DNA of 64,000 bases from a virus. Below the pieces are notes generated by a model that saw only the letters and a list, made by a program, of their open reading frames with translations, ran no database searches and had not been told where the DNA came from. Made by a program: the position numbers and the translations under genes. Where the stretch lies: positions 38,949-102,948 of IMG/VR virus record IMGVR_UViG_3300017739_000004. The stretch is one strand, 5' to 3'. Numbering within the stretch: the first letter of the stretch is position 1; each line of letters begins with the position of its first letter. Below, in pieces: positions 8,491-15,191 of the stretch.

Positions 8491-8726
8491 TGCAAGTAGT
8501 TATAAAAGGAAACCCAATATATAATGGCGTGGTACGTGATGGCGCCATTATAGAAATACCGGTACCAGCAGAATTGCATGTTCTGGCTTTAGCAAAAGGT
8601 CCAGATTCAGGCGATGCATGGGACCTATTGTGTAGAAAGTTACCATCCTATGGTTTTATGAACCCTATTGGTAAAATGCACATAAGCCATCTAGTGATAG
8701 ATGGAGTGGAAAAAAGGTTCCACTAA
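8490..8726 (+). CDS. Early hypothetical protein
   Basis: AAGGAGG SD; TAATG overlap. Confidence 0.8.
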   Translation: MQVVIKGNPIYNGVVRDGAIIEIPVPAELHVLALAKGPDSGDAWDLLCRKLPSYGFMNPIGKMHISHLVIDGVEKRFH

Positions 8727-8734
8727 AAATAAAC

Positions 8735-9020
8735 AGGAATCGAGGAAGAGCTGTAGATGGTTGGTTGTTGTGAAGCTCTACGAGATAACCTTAGTAATGA
8801 TTGGTTTAAAATCAATTAAGACGTGAAATATGGTGTTGAGATCATTACAAAAAAAGGTTAACAAAGAAGTGACAGAAATTTTGGATAAGCAATTGGGATG
8901 TCATGGTAAACGAGATTCTTTATGGTCGTTAGCTATCGACCTAGATAAAATTCAGGTAAGGCCTGACTTAGAAGGACACGCTGTCGAACTTGGGGTAACA
9001 CCCAAGCCATTGAAACACCG
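8735..9020 (+). ncRNA. Candidate multi-stem structured non-coding RNA
   Basis: About eight stems found by eye in a gene-free interval (see findings). Confidence 0.5.
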
Positions 9021-9030
9021 CAAAAACTTA

Positions 9031-9071
9031 TGTGACCAGCCAGTCACAAATTGTCACACAATTGTCACACA
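9031..9071 (+). repeat. GTCACA repeats at 10-11 bp spacing, inverted relative to the 8081 array
   Basis: tgtgac..ca gtcacaaatt gtcacacaatt gtcacaca. Confidence 0.8.
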
Positions 9072-9077
9072 AAACAG

Positions 9078-9106
9078 TTGACATTTACAGAAAAGCGTGA
9101 TACTAT
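9078..9106 (+). promoter_or_regulatory. Sigma70-type early promoter
   Basis: TTGACA-N17-TACTAT. Confidence 0.8.
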
Positions 9107-9139
9107 AGACATATAAATTAATAATGATAAGGAGTAAAT

Positions 9140-9286
9140 ATGAGTGATTATTATAATAACGACGATATTGTTAGCAGCGTCGATCAATCAAAAGCTGACA
9201 TCATAAGTAGACTAGACGAAATTGAATCAAGAATTGAAAAGATTTTTGAAATCGTTGAAAATATGGAGGCTAATTTAAATGGATAG
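9140..9286 (+). CDS. 48-aa coiled-coil early protein (absent from ORF track)
   Basis: TAAGGAG SD; MSDYYNNDDIVSSVDQSKADIISRLDEIESRIEKIFEIVENMEANLNG. Confidence 0.75.
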   Translation: MSDYYNNDDIVSSVDQSKADIISRLDEIESRIEKIFEIVENMEANLNG

Positions 9287-9725
9287 AATAAAATTTGAAA
9301 ATGTCTCCGAGGACATCTCTTACGCAATAGGCTCTTCTCTTAGAGGCTATATTAATGAAGTAACTACAAACCAATTGATTGCAATGTTTGGTGAGCCAAG
9401 CAGAGTACCTTCTGGTGATGGTAAAGTCCAACTTGAATGGATTATTAAAACTAAAGTTATTGAAGAAGATGGCAACGAAATAGATAGTTGCTTTACACTT
9501 TACGATTGGAAAGGTTCAGCACCTTCCGATGATAATGCCGAATGGAAAATCAATGTTGGTGGTAGATCACAACAAGATTATTGGAATGTATTTGATGCAT
9601 TTGATATTGCTAACGAAACAGATTTCTTATATGCTTACGATGGTGATGGCAAACTATGTCAATCCAAAGAAGGTTTTAGTCTACATCTATTACAGATGTG
9701 TAAAGAGGAGGCAGCAAATGGATAG
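9279..9725 (+). CDS. Early hypothetical protein
   Basis: GGAGG SD; 148 aa; FGEP..GDGKV..EW..TLYDWK..W.INVGG pattern. Confidence 0.8.
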   Translation: MDRIKFENVSEDISYAIGSSLRGYINEVTTNQLIAMFGEPSRVPSGDGKVQLEWIIKTKVIEEDGNEIDSCFTLYDWKGSAPSDDNAEWKINVGGRSQQDYWNVFDAFDIANETDFLYAYDGDGKLCQSKEGFSLHLLQMCKEEAANG

Positions 9726-10017
9726 AACAGATTCTTATGTCATGACTGCTTATACTGACTCTGCTGGTGATATGTTAGAAATTGAGACAGTCAGAAATAC
9801 AATAAAGTCAATAAACAAACAAAATGCAAGAGCTGAAAGGTATCATAATAACCATCCGATGAGTGATGATATTGTATCTATGCCTAGATATCGTGTTTCA
9901 TTAAAAGGTAGGTATGGAAGAAATAATCCAAACTATTGTTCATGGAGAGGTAATAATGGTAGTGTTCCCTTAGAACATGCAGAAAGAGTGGATGTATATA
10001 TCCATAGGAGTAATTAA
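9718..10017 (+). CDS. Early hypothetical protein
   Basis: GAGGAGG SD before ATG 9718 (track start 9529 is an over-extension). Confidence 0.8.
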   Translation: MDRTDSYVMTAYTDSAGDMLEIETVRNTIKSINKQNARAERYHNNHPMSDDIVSMPRYRVSLKGRYGRNNPNYCSWRGNNGSVPLEHAERVDVYIHRSN

Positions 10018-10019
10018 AA

Positions 10020-10193
10020 ATGGTAATGAACTTTGAACACATTGCAACTCGAATACCTTTAAATGTAAGAGTTGACATGATAAGCTTTATATGTTATAAT
10101 ATAGGTTTAAAAAACAAAGCAATTAATAGAGTAATGAAATTTTATGATATTGATGAAAATGAATATTTTTACGAAGGAGTGATTTATGGGTAA
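10020..10193 (+). CDS. 57-aa hypothetical protein (absent from ORF track)
   Basis: AGGAG SD; MVMNFEHIATRIPLNVRVDM...YEGVIYG fills the gap. Confidence 0.55.
   Translation: MVMNFEHIATRIPLNVRVDMISFICYNIGLKNKAINRVMKFYDIDENEYFYEGVIYG
10072..10100 (+). promoter_or_regulatory. Sigma70-type promoter
   Basis: Consensus TTGACA-N17-TATAAT. Confidence 0.85.
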
Positions 10194-10473
10194 AGCATTT
10201 GATGAAATTAGAGCTCAGTTATTAGCTGAGAAAGAAAAATACGAAGCAGAAAAAGAATTTAAAGAAACTGTGAGAAGAGTTTATAGTAGACCAAAAGACT
10301 ATAATAAATTATCTGGTTCTGTGAAAAAAGCAAAACATCTAGCACCTGGTGGTTTAGATTTACATAAAGACGAGAACAGACATTATTCAAAAGAGAATAC
10401 AGAAAAATGGTTAGGTTCAACATCTTATATGGAAACATATCAGTCAATGAAGGAGCAAGACTCATGGGATTAG
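10186..10473 (+). CDS. Early hypothetical protein
   Basis: AAGGAG SD; 95 aa. Confidence 0.8.
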   Translation: MGKAFDEIRAQLLAEKEKYEAEKEFKETVRRVYSRPKDYNKLSGSVKKAKHLAPGGLDLHKDENRHYSKENTEKWLGSTSYMETYQSMKEQDSWD

Positions 10474-10571
10474 GTGCAAGTTTATATGAGGTGTTTCTAG
10501 TAATTATAGGAACAGGTTTTTGTACAGCAACTTATGTGGTTGTTGACTATTTTGTAAATGGTGGTAAATGA
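10464..10571 (+). CDS. 35-aa single-TM peptide (absent from ORF track)
   Basis: AAGGAG SD; MGLGASLYEVFLVIIGTGFCTATYVVVDYFVNGGK; ATGA overlap with the next gene. Confidence 0.6.
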   Translation: MGLGASLYEVFLVIIGTGFCTATYVVVDYFVNGGK

Positions 10572-10774
10572 GATTATTAGTAGAAAATTATGGTAATGTA
10601 AGAGTATTTAAAGATCGCTCTTTAGTAGGATTACCTCGTTATATTATAGAATCTATGGATCCCGATTTTGGTTTTAGACATACTAAAGTTTTATCTGGTG
10701 TATGGTATAAAAAAGAAAAAGTGTTAGAGATAGCATTGGATATGGCTCAAGAATTAGATGGCAGAGAAAAGTAA
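10568..10774 (+). CDS. Hypothetical protein
   Basis: 68 aa, coupled to neighbours. Confidence 0.7.
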   Translation: MRLLVENYGNVRVFKDRSLVGLPRYIIESMDPDFGFRHTKVLSGVWYKKEKVLEIALDMAQELDGREK

Positions 10775-10907
10775 AGATATAGTTGGTAGTTTACAAAAAC
10801 AAGCTTGGAGAAGAGCAACACAATTGCCTAAGCCAAATTCAGGTACACCACATGATTGGGAAGATTACGAAAAAATGAAAGAGGATAAAAATAATGAGCG
10901 AACATAA
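10758..10907 (+). CDS. 49-aa hypothetical protein (absent from ORF track)
   Basis: MAEKSKDIVGSLQKQAWRRATQLPKPNSGTPHDWEDYEKMKEDKNNERT fills the gap. Confidence 0.55.
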   Translation: MAEKSKDIVGSLQKQAWRRATQLPKPNSGTPHDWEDYEKMKEDKNNERT

Positions 10908-11187
10908 AGACGCTGTAATAAAACAAGCTAAACTATTATTAGCTGAACAATGGGCAAATGGAATTACGAATGTCCATGTGTTTGATACTACTAAAGTTCA
11001 GATGTGGTACGAGAATATTAATACAGAAAAAGACGGTCGTGTCACAGATATAACTTACAACGATGGACGTATTGAAAGATCACAAAATGGAAAAGTGATT
11101 AGAACTTTTGGTGAGAAACAATTATGTGGCAATGACTTAATTAATCAATGGGAGAGATTTGGACCAACAGTTGACATCTCAATTTAA
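10894..11187 (+). CDS. Hypothetical protein
   Basis: GAGGA SD; 97 aa. Confidence 0.75.
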   Translation: MSEHKDAVIKQAKLLLAEQWANGITNVHVFDTTKVQMWYENINTEKDGRVTDITYNDGRIERSQNGKVIRTFGEKQLCGNDLINQWERFGPTVDISI

Positions 11188-11199
11188 CTGTGTTATAAT
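11171..11199 (+). promoter_or_regulatory. Sigma70-type promoter
   Basis: Consensus TTGACA-N17-TATAAT. Confidence 0.85.
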
Positions 11200-11207
11200 A
11201 TAATATT

Positions 11208-11564
11208 ATGGGAATGACTAATTTTTATCAAGGTTCACTGAGGTATTCACCTTGTGGCCGAAAAAGAAAAAATCACATGGCTAATCCAGTCAAGAAAAAA
11301 CCAATTCATTTTAAAAAGATGAAAGTTGAAAAGTCAACATTAGATATAATGCGTAAAGAACAAGCAAAGCAATATAAATCATTAATGGAAGAAGCTATCA
11401 AAGATGGTACATGGTTAGATCAGGCAGGTAATACAGCTAAAAAAGAGAATCCAGTTTATACTGGCACATTAGTAAAAGGTATTGCCACAATGCATAAATC
11501 AAATGCTGTTCCAGTTATTAATCAGCAAGAAGCAGAAGATATTGCTAAAATGAGGAGAGGTTAA
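11208..11564 (+). CDS. Basic hypothetical protein of a T4-like phage family
   Basis: C-terminal YTG..VKGIATMHKSNAVPV..EAEDIAKMRR. Confidence 0.8.
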   Translation: MGMTNFYQGSLRYSPCGRKRKNHMANPVKKKPIHFKKMKVEKSTLDIMRKEQAKQYKSLMEEAIKDGTWLDQAGNTAKKENPVYTGTLVKGIATMHKSNAVPVINQQEAEDIAKMRRG

Positions 11565-11689
11565 TGAAAGAGTTTTGGAAACAGTTTTTTGGTTTTTGGA
11601 ACAATATTTTCAATTGGTCGTTTAGAGTTTTAATATTATTAATTATTTGTTATTTTATATTACATTTAATTAATGGTGGTAATATATGA
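11564..11689 (+). CDS. 41-aa membrane peptide (absent from ORF track)
   Basis: GAGGAG SD; MKEFWKQFFGFWNNIFNWSFRVLILLIICYFILHLINGGNI. Confidence 0.6.
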   Translation: MKEFWKQFFGFWNNIFNWSFRVLILLIICYFILHLINGGNI

Positions 11690-11733
11690 AAGAGTATCGT
11701 CGTGACGACGGTTAAATATCAAATAGGAGTATT

Positions 11734-11940
11734 ATGATAACAGAACAAGGAAGTAAAAAAGAAATCTCTACGTTTATGAGAGGACCATTGAAGTCAGATT
11801 TATTTGAATCAAATGGAGTTTATGGATGTGATTATTACCGAGACGGAGTTTTGGTTTTAACAGAAATGTATGAAGGTAAAAGCAGACACTATGCACAAGC
11901 AGCTGCAGAGAATTACGTAGATGGAATTAAACAAGTTTAG
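11734..11940 (+). CDS. Hypothetical protein
   Basis: AGGAG SD; C-terminal SRHYAQAAAENYVDGI. Confidence 0.8.
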   Translation: MITEQGSKKEISTFMRGPLKSDLFESNGVYGCDYYRDGVLVLTEMYEGKSRHYAQAAAENYVDGIKQV

Positions 11941-11942
11941 AA

Positions 11943-11994
11943 GGTTGACCGGAGTTTCCAACTCCTTATCATTAGCTTCGGTTAACCAATTTTT
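11943..11994 (+). ncRNA. Hairpin with an anti-Shine-Dalgarno loop (candidate antisense regulator or terminator)
   Basis: 12-bp stem 11943-11954/11976-11987; loop contains ACTCCTTATCATTA; short T-run follows. Confidence 0.55.
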
Positions 11995-12000
11995 ATATAT

Positions 12001-13143
12001 ATGAGTATGGCAAGAAAAAAGAAAAGAGGACCAACCTTAGAAGATAAGTATTTAGGACCAGAACCTAATTATGGACCACACAATAACGTTGGTGAAGGCG
12101 AAGAAAGACTTAAAGAATATCACAGAGGTGCATCTTGGTTTTATTATTACGAGAATAGAAAGAAAGCACACAATGCAATATTACACTATGCAAAGCACGA
12201 TTTAAAATTAACGAATAAAGAACTAGTTAATTTAAATAAAAATCCTGTATGGAAAATTAATCAAAAAAATTATAAACCAATTGCAATGTATCAAGCAGGC
12301 TGGGTTGGAGCTCCTTTAGATTTAGAAGCAGTTAATCAAAGATTACGTGATCTAGTGAAAAAAGGTGAGAAGATCAAACTACAAAAATTAAAAGAGAGTC
12401 CACCAAAGCCTGTCATTACACCACAAGAAAGAACAAGAAAAAAAGTTATAGAAACAATTTATATGGACTGGGACTCTACAATAGTAGAAGGTTGGTTTGA
12501 TGAAGATTATACACAAAAGTTTTCTGCCTATAATAGATTTAGAGGTTATGGATTAAAAAGTAATTCAATTAATATATTTAAAGCTTTATTAGAACAAGAG
12601 TATAATAATATACAAGAGGCTTATAATAGAACTTGCGAGCAATGTGTAGAAGCCTATTCACATATTACAAAAGGTAATAAAAGAAAAATATTAAAACAAT
12701 TTGAAGATGTATTTGCTGATTTAGAAAAATTAAGAACATCATTTAAATCAGCTCGTAAACCAAGAGCACATAAACCAAAAACATCAGACAAACAAGTTGA
12801 AAGATTACAATACATGGAAGAAAGTATTGATGATAAACTTGTTTCAATTAATCCTGTACTCATACCAAGAAGTCATAAGCTTTTTGTTTATAATACAAAA
12901 CAAAGAAGATTATTTGAATACAAGACTGAATCAGCTCATGGATTTGAAGTGAGTGGTACAACAATTAAAAATTTTGATGACGAAAGTAGAGTTGCACTTT
13001 TACGCAAACCAGAAGAGATATTACCACAAATTTTAAATAAAACAGAAAAACAAATTGAAAAGGTTTGGAGTAATATCACAACAAAAATAAATAAACCTAC
13101 AGGCAGAATCAACTCAGACTGTATTTTATTAAGGGTAATATGA
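12001..13143 (+). CDS. Hypothetical protein upstream of gp33
   Basis: 380 aa; C-terminal LFVYNTKQR..GTTIKNFD..LRKPEE..TGRIN. Confidence 0.85.
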   Translation: MSMARKKKRGPTLEDKYLGPEPNYGPHNNVGEGEERLKEYHRGASWFYYYENRKKAHNAILHYAKHDLKLTNKELVNLNKNPVWKINQKNYKPIAMYQAGWVGAPLDLEAVNQRLRDLVKKGEKIKLQKLKESPPKPVITPQERTRKKVIETIYMDWDSTIVEGWFDEDYTQKFSAYNRFRGYGLKSNSINIFKALLEQEYNNIQEAYNRTCEQCVEAYSHITKGNKRKILKQFEDVFADLEKLRTSFKSARKPRAHKPKTSDKQVERLQYMEESIDDKLVSINPVLIPRSHKLFVYNTKQRRLFEYKTESAHGFEVSGTTIKNFDDESRVALLRKPEEILPQILNKTEKQIEKVWSNITTKINKPTGRINSDCILLRVI

Positions 13144-13382
13144 CAGAAATAATTGAAGAAAAAATAATGACTAAAAAAAGATTTTCACTTGCAGTTGAGA
13201 GTTTAGTATCTAGTCATAAAATGAATTATATAGATGCAGCTGCGCATGTAGTTCAAGAAAGAGGATTAGATTACAGGTCTATGAAAAGACTTATGACAGA
13301 TTCTCTAAAAGCAAAAATAGAAGCAGAAGCTAAAAGCTTAAATTTATTAAGAGTAAAAAAAACTAATAAATTACCAGTATGA
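13140..13382 (+). CDS. 33: Late transcription coactivator gp33
   Basis: F..AVE...MNYIDA...LKAKIEAEA..LNLL; 33-59-32 synteny. Confidence 0.85.
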   Translation: MTEIIEEKIMTKKRFSLAVESLVSSHKMNYIDAAAHVVQERGLDYRSMKRLMTDSLKAKIEAEAKSLNLLRVKKTNKLPV

Positions 13383-13552
13383 CAATCTGGAACAATACTA
13401 AAGATTGGGAAAAGACTTCCAATGAATGGGTTGCAACCATGCACAAATCAAGACTTAAAAAAGAAAAAAAAGCTATGTGTAATCACGATGATTTTGGCTG
13501 GTGTGAGAATTGTTTAACAACTGAAGATGGTGAGAAATTAGAACCAGTATGA
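13379..13552 (+). CDS. 57-aa protein with a C-x-H-x5-C-x2-C motif (absent from ORF track)
   Basis: ATGA overlaps at both ends; MTIWNNTKDWEK...CNHDDFGWCENC...EPV. Confidence 0.65.
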   Translation: MTIWNNTKDWEKTSNEWVATMHKSRLKKEKKAMCNHDDFGWCENCLTTEDGEKLEPV

Positions 13553-14142
13553 AAGACCCTTTTGATTCTTACAAATTATATAATTCGTTAAAATTACATT
13601 TTGAAACTGATAATTATGATGCGATTAAATATAATTTTAAAACTTCAGTTAAACCTACTTCTTTCTTTAAAAGAAAAGATAAATATTTTTTTGCAAAGTT
13701 AGCAAATACATACGATGATCTCTTAGATTTCTATGTTGCTAATTTCAAAAATGATGTTAAGTATGTCGGTGATATGCTTAACGAACATGGCGAACGATAT
13801 TATCGTGAGCATAAAAAGGTATGTGAAAGTTTAACATATACTTTTGAAAATGATATAAATAAATTATACGAAAGTAATTCTGATTTTAATGCTTTATTAG
13901 AAGCAAAAGATAATGAACATCCTTTCGTAATAACTTATTGGCTTCAAGATGAAATACACTTAGAAACTGTAGTAATCTTGGATGCAATAACCGGGTTTAT
14001 AAATCGTGAGAATAAAAAGATTTCTGAAACAATTATTTGGCCAGATATCTTTAGAAAGATTACGAAATATAAACCTTTCGTAAAGTTCGATAAAACTAAA
14101 TGTGTAAATATTTTGAAAAAGACCTTTACAAAGACACAGTAA
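13549..14142 (+). CDS. 59: Helicase loader gp59
   Basis: YKLYNSLKLHF..YDAIKY..F.KRKDKYFFAKLA; I.LET.VILD; synteny. Confidence 0.88.
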   Translation: MKDPFDSYKLYNSLKLHFETDNYDAIKYNFKTSVKPTSFFKRKDKYFFAKLANTYDDLLDFYVANFKNDVKYVGDMLNEHGERYYREHKKVCESLTYTFENDINKLYESNSDFNALLEAKDNEHPFVITYWLQDEIHLETVVILDAITGFINRENKKISETIIWPDIFRKITKYKPFVKFDKTKCVNILKKTFTKTQ

Positions 14143-14153
14143 TGTGTTATAAT
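14125..14153 (+). promoter_or_regulatory. Sigma70-type promoter for gene 32
   Basis: TTTACA-N17-TATAAT. Confidence 0.75.
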
Positions 14154-14210
14154 ATAAGTATATTTTGTTATGTATAAAGTGGATAATTCAGTAATATATG
14201 GAGAAATAAA

Positions 14211-15116
14211 ATGTCGTTAGATAATTTAAAGAGTATGCGAGGCTCATCAATAGATAAACTCGTTAAGGCAGCAGAAGCTGTATCCACAAGTAAACCAGAA
14301 ACTACTTCTTATGAAGATACTAGATTCTGGAAACCTACTAGAGATAAAGCAGGAAACGGATATGCCGTGATTAGATTCTTACCTGCCAAAGAAGGCGAAG
14401 ACCTTCCTTGGGTGAGATATTGGGACCATGGCTTTAAGGGACCTACTGGACTATGGTATATAGAAAACTCATTAACCTCTATTGGTCAACAAGACCCAGT
14501 ATCAGAAGCTAATTCTGTTTTATGGAATACAGGTAGAGACGAGGATAAAGCTTTAGCTAGAGAAAGAAAGAGAAGATTACATTACGTAAGTAATATTCTT
14601 GTTATTTCTGATCCAGATAATCCACAAAATGAAGGGAAAGTTTTCCTTTATAAGTTTGGTAAGAAAATATTTGATAAGATCATGGATGTTATGCAACCAC
14701 AATTTGCAGATGAAACACCTATTAACCCTTATGATTTTTGGGAAGGTGCCGATTTTAAAATTAAGATCAGAAAGGTCGAAGGTTGGGTAAACTATGATAA
14801 ATCAGAATTCAGTAAAGCATCTGCTTTATTTGAAAGTGATGAAGCAAGATTGCAAGAGACATACGATCAATTGCATGCCTTATCAGAATTTACTGATGCC
14901 GCAAACTATAAATCTTATGATGAACTTAAGGCTAAGTTTAATAGAGTACTAGGAATTGATGCGGGTGTAGCAATGGATGCACCAGTTATGGAATCTGCAG
15001 AACCAGCTTCTCAACCAGCAGTTGATAATTCACCTGTAATTGATACACCAACAGACGATGGTGGATCGGAAGAAGAAGATACACTTAGTTATTTTGCTAA
15101 ATTAGCGAATGAATAG
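14211..15116 (+). CDS. 32: Single-stranded DNA-binding protein gp32
   Basis: DTRFWKPT.DKAGNGYAVIRFLPA, WYIENSLT, GKKIFDKI, acidic tail ending DTLSYFAKLA. Confidence 0.96.
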   Translation: MSLDNLKSMRGSSIDKLVKAAEAVSTSKPETTSYEDTRFWKPTRDKAGNGYAVIRFLPAKEGEDLPWVRYWDHGFKGPTGLWYIENSLTSIGQQDPVSEANSVLWNTGRDEDKALARERKRRLHYVSNILVISDPDNPQNEGKVFLYKFGKKIFDKIMDVMQPQFADETPINPYDFWEGADFKIKIRKVEGWVNYDKSEFSKASALFESDEARLQETYDQLHALSEFTDAANYKSYDELKAKFNRVLGIDAGVAMDAPVMESAEPASQPAVDNSPVIDTPTDDGGSEEEDTLSYFAKLANE

Positions 15117-15167
15117 TAGTCTCGTAAGAGGCCAGGCTTCGTAGCTATAGATACGGGAGTCGAAAGC

Positions 15168-15191
15168 AGGGACCTTCGGGTCCCTTTTTTT
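15168..15191 (+). terminator. Rho-independent terminator with a UUCG loop
   Basis: AGGGACC-TTCG-GGTCCCT followed by a T-run, between convergent genes. Confidence 0.92.

Noticed and set aside
8741-9030. RNase P RNA, tmRNA or group I intron identity for the structured region
   Set aside because: GAGGAAGAG only loosely resembles GAGGAAAGUCC; no matching 3' P4 strand, tRNA-like ends or convincing intron core
8081-9071. CRP/cAMP sites, tempting because of the adjacent cyclase and TGTGA half-sites
   Set aside because: No TGTGA-N6-TCACA; the only inverted pair (9031-9048) has an 8-nt spacer and the rest are direct repeats
8830-9081. 83-aa ORF from the ORF track
   Set aside because: No SD; runs through the hairpins, the repeat array (giving VTNCHTIVT) and the -35 box; better explained as non-coding
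9529-9717. N-terminal extension of ORF 9529-10017
   Set aside because: Overlaps the upstream gene; the strong SD marks ATG 9718 as the start
13854-13861. TATAAATA inside gp59 (also 29604 and 45208)
   Set aside because: Mid-gene AT-rich matches far from start codons; may be chance, although 13854 could serve gene 32
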